Source: Schmidtea polychroa
Lineage: Eukaryota
Length of the DNA: 64,000 bases
Assembly (NCBI GenBank): GCA_044892525.1
Contig: CM097885.1
Coordinates: forward strand, 20,090,001 to 20,154,000
Direction: 5' to 3'
The notes beneath the pieces are model-generated. The model searched no databases and was not told the DNA's origin. It was given only the letters and a program-made list of their open reading frames with translations. A program made the translations under genes and the position numbers. Shown in pieces: positions 44,561 through 56,544 of the stretch (the stretch's first letter is position 1; each line of letters opens with the position of its first letter).

Positions 44561-44934
44561 ATGTAACCTCCTATTCAGTTCCTTCAATATAATATGTACT
44601 ATTTGAAATATCCTATTACTTATTCATTCAAGGTATTTTTTTTATTTAATTATTTAATATTAATTTGTTATAGGAACCAGTTAATTTAAAAACATGTCAA
44701 TTCAATATTCAAATTGGAGATATTGGGGAAGAAGATAGAAAAAATCTTGGAGAAATTCTTAAATTAATTAATAAAGAAATGATTTTTAATGAAAAATTTA
44801 CATTTATCAATTGTGAAAAAGGATGTAAATTAGATGAAGATAAAAAGTCAAAAGTTCGAATACTTATTCAAGGAGTCAAGATAAATGGAGTTATAATTAA
44901 ACCAATTTGGAAAATTACAAATGTTTTTGAATAA
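44561..44934 (+). pseudogene. Outer Polinton homolog of inner ORF 59435-59854, two exons (intron 44633-44673), second codon is TAA
   Basis: M*PPIQFLQYNMYYLKYPI...K/EPVNLKTCQF...ILIQGVKINGVIIKPIWKI aligns with VQPVQMFHNYKMYFLKEEI...SPIKLIPTQF...ITIQGYKV...SPIWKI. Confidence 0.7.
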
Positions 44935-45489
44935 ATTTATGTATTTAAGTGTTATTTTTTATTTAAATATTTTAAAGTACAAATGTTGTTGAATAAATTT
45001 TTATTTTAAAGTTAATAATTTATAAGTTCTATCAATATAAAAAAATTTTTGCGAGGGATTTCCCCTTATTTCAAAATATTTTTTCCTCTTAAGATCAAAT
45101 AAATTTAAATATCATTATAAAAATTTAAATATCATTAAAAAAAATACTAATAATTTCATCATTAAATATCATTATAAAAAAATTTTTGCGAGGGATTTGT
45201 CTTATATCTATTTCAAAATATCGTTAATAATCAATTAAAAAATTTAATTTTCATCTTATCATTATAAAAAAAAATAGATAAAATTTTATAAAAAATATCA
45301 TTTAAAAAATTTAAATTTCATCTTATCATTATAAAAAATAGATAAAATTTTATAAAAAATATCATTTAAATTTCATTATAAAAAATAGATAAAATTTTAT
45401 AAAAAATACTTACATTTGACATTATTATTCATAGTTTCATTATTATTAATTTTCATAGTTTCATTATTATTAATTTTCATAGTTTCATT

Positions 45490-46720
45490 AGTAGGATGTG
45501 GGCCATCCAGATCATGTCCCCTCCAGATCACATATACCCCCTCCCCCCCCCACCGGGGAAAAAATTTTTTTTTTAAATAAAAGGTCAAGGTCATTTATTT
45601 TTTTTTAATTAAATTTTTTGTTTTAATTAAGTGATCCAGAGGGGACCTACTTTTTTTCTTCCCAAAAATTAATGTTCCTGCCAACAGATTTTATTGACCG
45701 ATACCTCATCTTAAAGCTCAGTCCAAGACCTTTCGAATGAGCTATAGGTATCATATATATCTTTAATAGTTTTAATGTTATTAACATTTAATGACCACCA
45801 TCTTTTAAAGTTAAATTATTATTATTTGTCAAAATATTATTAAGTGATCCAGAGGGGACCTACTTTTTGTCATCCCAAAGATTAATGTTCCCGCCAACAT
45901 ATTATATTGATCGATAGCTTATTTTAAAGCTCTGTGCAAGACCTTTCTAAGGAGATATAGATTTCTATAATATGATGACTCATCACATTTTTAAAACAAA
46001 GACAATGACTCGTCATATTTTTAGAACGATGCCTAATATTTTTAGAATGATTACGTCATAATTTTAGAACGATGTCTATTATTTTTAGAATGATGCCTAA
46101 TATTTTTAGAATGATTACGTCATACTTTTAGAACGATGCCTATTATTTTTAGAATGATGTCTAATATTTTTAGAACGATTACGTCATACTTTTAGAACGA
46201 TGCCTAATATTTTTAGAATGATTACATCATACTTTTAGAACGATGCCTATTATTTTTAGAACGATGCCTTTTAATTTTAGAATGATGCCTAATATTTTTA
46301 GAACTATTACGTAATCGATGTCTAATATTTTTAGAATGATGCCTAATATTTTTAGAATGATGCCTAATATTTTTAGAACTATTACGTAATCGATGTCTAA
46401 TATTTTTAGAACGAAGCCTAATATTTTTAGAGCGATTACGTCATACTTTTAGAACGATGCCTCTTATTTTTAGAATGATTACGTCATAATTTTAGAACGA
46501 TGCCAAATATTTTTAGAATGGTGCCTCTTATTTTTAGAACGATTACGTCATAATTTTAGAACGATGCCTAATATTTTTAGAATTAATAATTTTGTTTTAA
46601 TTATCGATGATTATATAATTTGTTTAAATCATTGATTATATAATTCTTCTGTTTTAATTATAGAATACGTAATAATATAATTTTGTTTAAATCGTTGATT
46701 ACATATTATTATTTTCTAAG

Positions 46721-46801
<81 letters not shown>

Positions 46802-46802
46802 G

Positions 46803-46887
<85 letters not shown>

Positions 46888-47044
46888 ATCTATCCGACAA
46901 GATATTCTGTCCCCCTATGGGTACTGCTCGCAAAGGTACTACTCACATTCAACAAGTTACAAATGTACTACTCACAAAGTTACTGGTAAAAATATTCAAG
47001 ACAAAACTTTCTAAATTCTAAATATTATACTTTAAATGTACACT
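45490..47044 (+). repeat. Left TIR of the inner Polinton (contains a ~20-bp minisatellite and an ATT tract)
   Basis: Reverse complement of 60306-61696, with scattered mismatches and array-length differences. Confidence 0.92.
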
Positions 47045-47273
47045 CAACTCATATATGTAGTGGTGAGCTCATACATACATTTCAAATAAAAATTTCTTTC
47101 AATAGTTAAACATGATTTATAAAAACTTTATCAATATTAATAAATATATTTATACAAGTGTTTAACATTTGTAAGAAATGTGAAAACTATAACAAGTTTT
47201 CAATAAAAATTTTAGATAATACAACAATGTAGAAGAAACGTTTTATTAAAGATATATTAACATTTATCACAGT

Positions 47274-50200
47274 TTAGTCTGACAATAAAATATCATCTAT
47301 ATCTCTTTTATCATTAGGATCATCACCAGAATCGAAATCTGGACTTAAACCATTGAAAAGTGGACCCACTTCCTCATCACCAGAAACAAAATCTGGACTT
47401 AATCCTCCGAATAGTGGCCCAACTTCTTCAAATATTTGATCATCATTTATATCATCTAGTGCTAAATAATGACCAAATGCGAGACTGGAATTTTTCCCCA
47501 CCCAAAACCGCTTGTCATCGTTGTTTGTCAACGCGATTTTATTGTTTTTAAATGTGTACAATTGATGGTTCCGCGTCCCTATCTTACTTTGTGGCACAGA
47601 AAATACTACGTTGTTATTGTAGCATTCTAAATATGAATCGTGCCTAATTTCTGTACCTATTAACCGGACTCCTTTTGCTTTTAAATGATCTTTAGCCCCT
47701 AACAAACTATAGCACTTGGGTCTTAAGAAAACCCATTCCTTATACCCTAGACCTTTACTTTCATCTTTAAATTTACCTATCACAGAATCAAGGTTTCTAG
47801 AGTATAATGGATGTGCAGGGTCATAGTTGGAAGTATCTAAAAGATTGTCACGAATCATTGCCGGCAAAAGAGTGTCAAGCTTACAGTGTCTAACCTCAAG
47901 AAAAAAGGAGTCAGTATCGCCGGCAACGATATTTATCTCACATTTAAATTCATTTCTAAATTTAGCCAATTCTATATACTGTAACTGGTACATCCTCAGT
48001 TTAGACAGGTCTAGCACCGTTTGGCCAATGTAACTAGGCCTGTCTAAACATATAGAATCCTTATATAGATGTGCAGCAATCAAGTCATCATCAATTTTGA
48101 TAGATTTCTTGAAAGTCGGCTTTGAAGCATATACAATCATCTTTTCAGCTGAATTGCATAGCCTCAAATTCATCCGTTTTTTAAGGTTTTCTACGGATTT
48201 CCCATACAGACTATTATTAAATAATTTGTATAGATCCCTATATAATTCGCATGTAGAATTGGCTCTCAAATTAGTGTTTTTGTCTATGTAAGATTTGAAA
48301 ATGGGTGCATGCTTAAATTTGATTGCTCTATGTACATTTTTAATAATAGCCCCCAATTCTATATACAACTTGAGAAGTCGCCAATGAAGAACATGGTTCT
48401 TCTTCGGCCAATGCGTGAGCATCAGCTTCTCAACTTTAGAATTTGGCGGGCACATCTTTTCCGGAGCAAGAGGAAAATCATTCAGAAAGTCATGCAAACA
48501 AACAGGTATATCGATATCTACCTCCATAGTATAACCATATGGAAGGTTATCGATATCAGCATTCATACATTCATTCAAGACAGAATCAAGATCATCATAC
48601 ACCCAAACAAAGTCAGCATAAGGCAGATTTTGGCTTAAGGCCCAACCATACAAGTTATTAATATCAATATACAAGAGTTCTGTGTCTTCAGAACTTGCAA
48701 CATAATGTTTGTTAAAAAATGTTAACCCACCCCGTATCCCTCCTTCATAGAAATTAAACATTTCCATGTCCTGCAAAAGTTCAATGGGTTCCGTTAATGT
48801 CATAAGCGCAGAGGCCCATGACATACCGGGAATGCCATAGAAATTAAGAGGCTCAAGACCATTGTAAGCAATGGCCTTTGCACGGAATTGTTGGAAATAG
48901 TCTGCGAGGAGAAACACGTTTAATTTAAGGTAAGTTAACATGTAATCTAACATGTTGTTGCAGTTTTGCTGAGTCCAAATTACTTGGGCTAATGCATATT
49001 CATCATTAGACACAGAATCCCAGATAGGTGGCAATTCAAGAGTCGATTCCAGAACCTCAAGCGAAGTTGCAAAGTCATAAGGAAAGATACCTTTGGCTCG
49101 AACAATTGCGCCATCGAAAACAGAAGAAGTTAAAGGCAGATCGGAAAGAGTCTTAACCGCTTTTGCTAAAGATGAATTAACAAACTGCATGCTGTCAATA
49201 AAACGAACAGACAATTTGTTAATGTACGCGATAAGAGAGATGAATTTCTCAGTAGTGGTCGGAATAATATTTAATTCCCAAGAAGGAAAATTATTCAAAC
49301 CATACTTCAAAATATGATGAAGATCATACCCCCTCAAATTGTGAAAGACCACAGGTAACTGTTTCTGAATTCGTCGAGAAACATTACATTTCCTACAGGC
49401 AGCACCAAGATACTTACCTGAGAAGTGGCAATGATCCCTAACTCTATTTCTAATAAATTTTTTACAAAGGTAGCAGGTTCTGGAATCACGAAAGGACCGC
49501 TCTTCAGCGAAAGACAAGGTTTGCATGGGCTTTTTCCCATTAATTTCGTAATATGGCAGGACAATTGTCATAGCAATTTCCTCCACCTTACGCAAGAAAG
49601 ATAAGATACAATCATCCCCAACAAACTCATAATAAAATTTAGAGTTATTATAATTATTTATTAATAATAAACCTGCTGTTATTGGCAAATGCTTTTGATG
49701 GTGTATTATATCCCCCGGTAAAATTGATTCAAAGTCTGCATATATCACGAATGGCGGGGTTATGGTTTTCGCATAATTTTGAAAAATTAAATTTTTATCA
49801 TTGGGTAGCGTGTATAAAGTAGTACCTATCTGGTTTTTAATGCATAAGGCAACGTGAATATCAAATGCATTTTTAAGTCGAAAACCATTGAGACAATGGG
49901 GGCACCAGTTCACTTTAATTCTAACGCCACATTCACTGCTAGAGTGACAATTCATTAATCTTTGCAAATTAAAAACTGCGGTGTAATGAAAATTATCACC
50001 GTCTTCCAATAAAAGTAAGTATAAGGGTTCACCACCTATAACCTTAGATCGGTGAATTATATCCAATTTGGGATGATGTGGAATATAATTATCGTCAACT
50101 ATATTTTCAAAAGGCTTAGCAGAGGTCGTTCTATAAGTTAAAACATTTATTGCTAAATTTAAATCCTTATTTTTCATCTCGAATTTAGGAATATCACATA

Positions 50201-51346
50201 ATTTCATTGGACAGTCGGAAATGGGGTCAAAATTTAACTCGTCAAGATAATTTTCATAGGAACTAACACGGTTCCTATTTATATGTACTACATTACGTTT
50301 TAAAAGTGCTAAAATACTATATATAAAGCACATATCATCGGTGTTTTTGACGTTTACTATTGCATTTTTAGATTTTAAAGATGATGGGGTGGGGATGTAA
50401 CTATGTCCAGCTAGCCTATTCATATGTGTAAATTTTGTTAATATAAAATCTATTTCTTTGATTTTAACAACCCGCCATCCACTACCCAAATATGTGAATT
50501 TTTCTATTTTATTATTTAATTTGTGAACCCCCTCACTTAGAAAACTATCTGAAAAAGCCTCTGCCCTATTCGAGAAGAAATTATCTTTAATTTCACCATC
50601 TTTTTCAAATTGAATCAATACAGAGAATTGTATTTTCACCGACCCCATTCTGATTATTTCATGTTTTAACTTATTAACGATTTTATCGGTTATGGATATT
50701 TGAATGATGTTATCCTTTTCTACATTAAATCTTAGATTCTTTCGAACCCCCTTAAAATCAATTTCGATTTCAGGTTCATCGTCAATATCAACTGAACCGC
50801 CTACTTGAATATTATTAACCACAGTTATTTGTTCTAATTTATTAATTTTAGAGGGAGCATCAGACCCAATACTAACAGCAGGTCTTTTTAAATTATTATT
50901 TACATTAATAACATTATTAATTAGAGGTTTTGTAATATTATTTACATGTTTTGTATTATTATTTACAGGTTTTGTAATATTATTTACATGTTTTGTATTA
51001 GTTTTAATTACAGGTTTTGTAATATTATTTACAGGTTTTGTATTATTATTTACAGGTTTTGTAATATTATTTACAGGTTTTGTATTATTCACATTAGTTT
51101 TAATTATAGGTTTTGCGGTATTTCGTAGTTTGTTAAATAAATCCTTTTTATTTAAAGAGAACTGATTTAAATGGGATTTATGAATACTGTAAAACTCTAA
51201 ATATTTAATGCTATGGGAAGTCTCGCATATTGGGCATATATAGTACTTGATGCCATAAAATTTACGACCATAATATTTTTTCATCACTTTATGACATAAA
51301 TTTGAGTGACCAGTTGAAGCCTGGCAGTAATGTGGATATAATTTGC
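47274..51346 (-). CDS. polB: Protein-primed DNA polymerase B polyprotein (N-terminal Zn finger and repeat linker, putative terminal protein, OTU-like protease, ZnF, endonuclease VII-like insert, exonuclease, polymerase); probably has an upstream exon
   Basis: Over 1337 aa; YADFES, FHNLRGYD, GIRGG, YIDINNLYG, KLFNNSLYGK, GDTDS, RPKCY, KAKGV; frame stays open upstream to an AG acceptor at 51347. Confidence 0.96.
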
Positions 51347-51469
51347 CTGTTAATTATATTTATCAATTAATATTAATCATGAAATTGTATTTATATTAAT
51401 AAAGTCTTGTAAACTATAAATGTGTGATTTTATTATTATTATTATTATTATTATCATTATTATCATTAT

Positions 51470-51940
51470 TGATGCAGCTGCATGCAGATTACATTTAAAG
51501 ATTATAATTATTACATAATAAATAGTTGATGCAGCTGCATGCAGACTATATTTAATAAGGGTTAATTATTACGTAATAAATAGTTTGTTGCAGCTGCATT
51601 TAGACACATTTAATAAAGGGTATGTATTACGTAATAAATATTTAGTTTGATGTAGCTGCATGCTCACTGCAGACTACATTTATTGGGGCAATCATGATAA
51701 AAGAGATATGTAGCTGCATGCTGACTGCAGACTACATTTATTGGGGCAATCATGATAAAAGAGATATGTAGCTGCATGCTGACTGCAGACTACATTTATT
51801 GGGGCAATCATGATAAAAGAGATATGTAGCTGCATGCTCACTGCAGACTACAAGATATATTTTTATTACTATTTTTAATATTATTATTATTATTATTATT
51901 ATTATTTTAACTAATGTAGTTGCTCATTGCAAACTACAAG
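51470..51940. repeat. Array of ~58-bp units, each with an imperfect palindrome TGTAGCTGCA-TGCTSAC-TGCAGACTACA
   Basis: Near-exact units start at 51651, 51709, 51767 and 51825; degenerate units at about 51471, 51528, 51587 and 51916. Confidence 0.85.
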
Positions 51941-51972
51941 GAATATATTAAAACTATTGTTTCTTAAATACT

Positions 51973-52190
51973 TTTTCATCATTTTCTTCATCATAATATT
52001 TTCATCATTTTCTTCATCATAATATTTTCATCATTTTCTTCATCATAATATTTTCATCATTTTCTTCATCATAATATTTTCATCATTTTCTTCATCATAA
52101 TATTTTCATCATTTTCTTCATCATCATAATATTTTCATCATTTAGTCGACATAACATTTTCAATTTCATCATAATATTTTCTTCATTTTC
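51973..52190. repeat. 26-bp tandem repeat TTCATCATTTTCTTCATCATAATATT
   Basis: Direct sequence. Confidence 0.9.
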
Positions 52191-52292
52191 ATAATAAGTT
52201 TTTATAAATAAGTTTTTAAAGAAAATGTTTAAAAAGTATTTAAGAAATTTACAAGGTTTTTAAAAAAATAAATATATAAAAATAAATAAATA

Positions 52293-52858
52293 CTAACATC
52301 GTGATTCCATGTCGGAATCTGATTCATTATCAGCAACCTCCTCAATAGAAGTGAGGGCATTATCCACATTAACAAGCTCCTCGATTGTATTATCCACATA
52401 ATTCAACTCATCGATAGAAGTCAGTGCATTATTCATCTCCTCAATAGAATCATTATTAATTGGAACATCGATTTCAGCGTCCATGTCAACATTAAACACT
52501 AAAATGATTTTTAAAAAATAATATACTAAAATAAAATAAATTTACTTTGTTCATTAAAAACATTGTTTTGCCTAACAAATAAGGCATCATTATCCGGGGC
52601 ATCATTTTGCCCAATAAACACGACATCATCATCGTCGCTAATTATAATAGGTTCTAAATAAAATAATAATTTCATAAAAATTAAAATATTTAAATTTACC
52701 GAAAATCCTATCAACATTCAAAATTGAATCATCTTCAGTCACTTGGTACCATAAATTCTCTAAAATAATAAATAAAAATAATAATAATAATAACTAAATA
52801 ATTTACCATTTTCACCCATCAACATGGCATTCAAAATTTTGTGTAAATCAGCGTCCAT
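52293..52858 (-). CDS. Four-exon acidic protein, 141 aa (exons 52858-52807, 52759-52700, 52653-52546, 52498-52293)
   Basis: Three GTAAAT...TAG introns of 47, 46 and 47 bp, all phase 1, give a continuous ORF MDADLHKILNAML...PIIISDDDDVVFI...DSDMESRC. Confidence 0.75.
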
Positions 52859-52916
52859 TTTAATTTAAAATTTGTAAATTTAAGAATAATTATGACGAAT
52901 TTTAGAATTGTCAATG

Positions 52917-53002
52917 TTTATATAGAACAGGAATATTTCCATGTCTCAACCAATCAGAATTTAGACACATTCCTGAATACTTTTTCCTCTATCAGCCAAT
53001 CA
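52917..53002 (-). promoter_or_regulatory. Pol II promoter: TATA box and two CCAAT boxes
   Basis: TATATAAA on the minus strand at 52917-52924, about 60 bp above the ATG; CCAATC at about 52950 and 52996. Confidence 0.6.
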
Positions 53003-53091
53003 AATGGTAGCAAATGGGATTGCATATCTTTGTGCATGCACAATGTTTGTATAGTTAGATAATAATATTTTTCAAAATAAATTTAATTAAA

Positions 53092-53170
<79 letters not shown>

Positions 53171-53177
53171 TAATAAT

Positions 53178-53217
<40 letters not shown>

Positions 53218-53244
53218 TAATAATAATAATAATAAAATAATAAT

Positions 53245-53293
<49 letters not shown>

Positions 53294-53326
53294 TAATAAT
53301 AATAATAAAATAATAATATTAATAAT

Positions 53327-53399
<73 letters not shown>

Positions 53400-53428
53400 T
53401 AATAATAATAATAATAATAATAAAATAA

Positions 53429-53459
<31 letters not shown>

Positions 53460-53470
53460 AACAACAACAA
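53092..53470. repeat. (AAT)n microsatellite
   Basis: Direct sequence. Confidence 0.95.
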
Positions 53471-53489
53471 AGGATACAAAATACATTTA

Positions 53490-53873
53490 TTAATCATCAA
53501 ATTTTTTATACAACAACCAAGCTAAACAATGTTGACCGCATGTTTGTGTCAAGGGATTTTGAAACATTGTTTTATTATATACAATAGGTTTCCCCATTGT
53601 TTGTAGTTTTGATACCAACAAAGCAGGGTAATAGAAACCCATAGGATCGAACACGAATATATTACTAGGTTTCAGATATATAGCAATCCAATGTTCTCCA
53701 CCAAGATGAGACGATTGAGTATTGACGATTATGGCTTGATTATTGCTCAAATATGGGATTTTATCGAGAGGAAAAACTCCTACAAATTCATTTCCCAATA
53801 TCTGTTTTCCAATTCTATTGACCTGAACAGAACTACTTTAATAAATTAAACAGTATTGAAAAACTTACTCCAT
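53490..53873 (-). CDS. Adenain-like cysteine maturation protease with an intron after the first 5 nt (intron about 53868-53833)
   Basis: MD/SVQVNRIGKQILGNEFVGVFPLD...GEHWIA...FDPMG...QNPLTQTCGQHC: His-Asp-Gln-Cys set. Confidence 0.9.
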
Positions 53874-53901
53874 GACAACTTTTTGGTGTTTCTGTATACA
53901 T

Positions 53902-55125
53902 TTATACTAGCACGGTTCTATTTGCAGTAATTTGAACTTCATTTTCAAATACTCCATATATAATAACATGTACCGGTTCAGTAATGGCCTTTGCAAACTT
54001 TATATCCAGTCGTAAATTCCCGTTTTGTGGTAATTGACTCTGATTTAAATCAAAATCGGGAGCTAGAACAAATGTGAAAAATGGGTATTTGCTTTTAAAT
54101 TCTTCAAGAGTTATTCCGCAATTCAAGTTTTTATCTAAATAACCCAGATTTCTAACAATACTCTGCATATATGTCGCACAGTAATTATCATTCTCGAAAT
54201 CTTGAGTATATGTTTCTCTATAATCAGTATTTTTCGATAAAGTCAATGAAGTAACACCAAAATTTTTGAAAATTGAGCTGGAAGCAGTATACGATCCATT
54301 ATATTGCGTTTCACTTTGAAATGTTACCAGAATAAAATTAGGCATTCTTCTGTCACCAAATATTTGTTCTTTATAGAATGATGAAGCACCTTTAGCAATA
54401 GCAAATTGTACAATTTCCTTTGTTTTTAAAGGATAAATTGCATGTTTTGAATTAAGCCCCAATTGATGACCAGCTAATACTGACGGGTCTACTCGAACTC
54501 TTCTCACCAATAATTTTGCATCAACTAATTGACATATTGGTGCACCAGTTGCACTAGTAAGAGACAATGCAGAATCAGATCTTTTCAGTCTAATATGTAT
54601 ATTAACTCCCGGTAGTAAATATTTCGGTTGATCCATAAAATCAAGTTGTAATGATGAGCACATAGTGAATACTTTTGAGCCTTTAACCCACTTTTTTCTT
54701 TCATCATCTGCTGCTGCATAACCCATAGGTGTAAGACAGGTATTTTTAGTATCTGAATTGTAATTTAAAATAGTTTCTATCAAAGCCTTGTGAATGAATG
54801 TATTATTTCCACCCTCAATCTTGATATTATTAAATCCCAACACTGCATCTTTAAACAGAGTATGAAACATGAAATTGTTTGGTAATACATCCGCATTGGC
54901 ATCCAAAACCTTTCTATCTTTATCTACAACCTTGATCTGAACAGTCAATAAAGTATCGTTCAAATCTAAATATTCAGTTTGCGAACCATTAATATAAAAC
55001 TCGATATCATTTCTACTATCAGTAATTGAATTCATAGGAAAAACTTCCTCAAAGGCACCAAATTCTATTACTGCCTGGGGCGACGGTCTATCAAATATAC
55101 ATAATTCGGATTTACCACAAATCAT
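53902..55125 (-). CDS. Major capsid protein (double jelly-roll type)
   Basis: 407 aa; KSELCIF start, IEFYING..EYLDLNDTLL, QPKYLLPGVNIHIRLKR, GNLRLDIKF: typical Polinton MCP pattern. Confidence 0.9.
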   Translation of the reverse strand: MICGKSELCIFDRPSPQAVIEFGAFEEVFPMNSITDSRNDIEFYINGSQTEYLDLNDTLLTVQIKVVDKDRKVLDANADVLPNNFMFHTLFKDAVLGFNNIKIEGGNNTFIHKALIETILNYNSDTKNTCLTPMGYAAADDERKKWVKGSKVFTMCSSLQLDFMDQPKYLLPGVNIHIRLKRSDSALSLTSATGAPICQLVDAKLLVRRVRVDPSVLAGHQLGLNSKHAIYPLKTKEIVQFAIAKGASSFYKEQIFGDRRMPNFILVTFQSETQYNGSYTASSSIFKNFGVTSLTLSKNTDYRETYTQDFENDNYCATYMQSIVRNLGYLDKNLNCGITLEEFKSKYPFFTFVLAPDFDLNQSQLPQNGNLRLDIKFAKAITEPVHVIIYGVFENEVQITANRTVLV

Positions 55126-55484
55126 TTTGCAAATATAGTTCCATGTCCTTTCATTCGTTTGTTTATACGCGATATTCCATGCCCTTTACGTTTTGGAGCT
55201 GGGACTGGAGGTGTATCTTTTTGAAACATACCAGCAACTCCAGGTAGAACCTTCCCTAACTCAGCTAAAGCATTTGTTTTTAGAGATGGTAATATTTTCT
55301 GTTCATTCATAATCACATCTTTTGCAGTTTTCATACCAAAACTACCAATACGTTTAAGAATAGGAAGTGCAAATCTCCCTATTGTTTTTAACCAACCTGA
55401 TCCGTACTGTTTACCAATAAAATATGGTAATTCACCACCGGATTGGCTATCACTATACATACTAATAATATCGGAATTAGCCAT
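55122..55484 (-). CDS. Putative virion core protein with protease-cleavage-like sites
   Basis: SQSGG, QYGSGWLKTIGRFALPILKRIG amphipathic helix, basic tail; stop overlaps the MCP ATG (ATGA). Confidence 0.75.
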   Translation of the reverse strand: MANSDIISMYSDSQSGGELPYFIGKQYGSGWLKTIGRFALPILKRIGSFGMKTAKDVIMNEQKILPSLKTNALAELGKVLPGVAGMFQKDTPPVPAPKRKGHGISRINKRMKGHGTIFAK

Positions 55485-56544
55485 CTACTTTACGAAAATG
55501 TAGTGTCAAATGAGTTTTTGAGTCTTTTGGGAAGTTTATAAGTTTTCCACTATCGTCACGAATATTTATTTCTATATTGTTTATACATGAGCTTGAAATT
55601 GGTAAATACATGGGATTATCTATATTTATATTGACAACTTCATCATGTTCATATTTTCCAATCCACACCGATTTCAATAGAGGAACACTGGAATCACCAA
55701 CTATTATAGGCTCAATAATATTAGTATATATGAACATTTGTTGATGATGTTCAAGTATTCTTGGTTTACGTATACCAGCCGATTTTTCCCGATATTGCTG
55801 CTTCTCTAATCCAAGTGTATTTGTCAAATTTTTATCAAATGTAACTTCGCAAATGTCATCATTCAAACTGAAGGTAAATAACAAATCTTTCACAATATCC
55901 AAACTTTTAAATATGTGTGAACAATTATACTTTAAATATTTAAGTAACACATCAAGTTTATCAATATATAATTCGTCAGCGAAGGTGAATGATTCTTCAA
56001 CTTCATTATTATACGACACTGAAATTTTGATTTCTTCTCTCATTACACTGTTTGCTTCAAATAGATCAAAGCGTAATAAATATTCTGTTTCCATAACTTC
56101 ATTTTTCAACTTATTGCAACCCATTCGTCTGGCATCTTCAATATATTCGAATTTTATTGTAAATGGTTTAAAATCACAACTGATATTTAATCCATCCTTG
56201 TAAAACATAGTGCAATGCTGATCTAATATTTGATTCGGAATATGATATGTTTTATCATAATTACTGATAATAAAGATACCACTACATGTTTTCATAGCAT
56301 TCCTTTTGAAATCAATCTTACATTGACTATAAAATGGGAATGTATTGTACACGAATGTAAAATCTTGCAGTGCAACTTCCCAGTCACCATTTAAAGAAAT
56401 CGGATTCTGGAGATTGACCATGAATTTACTGGCTTGATTATCTGGATGAATAAGCGGGCAACTATTGCTTGGTAAAATAGTATAAAAATTCACTTTACTA
56501 GATCCTTTTCTGATATCCATGATGGGTTTTGATAACCATGCCAT
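55477..56544 (-). CDS. Minor capsid protein (penton); true start uncertain
   Basis: FYTILPSNS...NPISLNGDWEVAL; MFIYTNIIEP..VGD...PLL; IEINIRDDSGKLINF...LTLHFRK. Confidence 0.88.
   Translation of the reverse strand: MAWLSKPIMDIRKGSSKVNFYTILPSNSCPLIHPDNQASKFMVNLQNPISLNGDWEVALQDFTFVYNTFPFYSQCKIDFKRNAMKTCSGIFIISNYDKTYHIPNQILDQHCTMFYKDGLNISCDFKPFTIKFEYIEDARRMGCNKLKNEVMETEYLLRFDLFEANSVMREEIKISVSYNNEVEESFTFADELYIDKLDVLLKYLKYNCSHIFKSLDIVKDLLFTFSLNDDICEVTFDKNLTNTLGLEKQQYREKSAGIRKPRILEHHQQMFIYTNIIEPIIVGDSSVPLLKSVWIGKYEHDEVVNINIDNPMYLPISSSCINNIEINIRDDSGKLINFPKDSKTHLTLHFRKVDG

Larger units (their letters stand above)
41280..45489 (-). mobile_element. Older host Polinton, left part (truncated in polB)
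   Basis: Degenerate pPolB plus SSB-like gene; a 24-bp repeat is split by the inner element and continues at 61697. Confidence 0.85.

Noticed and set aside
46683..47021. Poly-Ile ORFs in both TIRs (also 60331-60588) and similar ORFs at 4133 and 53246
   Set aside because: Open only because of ATT/AAT microsatellites
51650..51850. CRISPR-like palindromic array
   Set aside because: Spacers are identical, no cas genes, eukaryotic context
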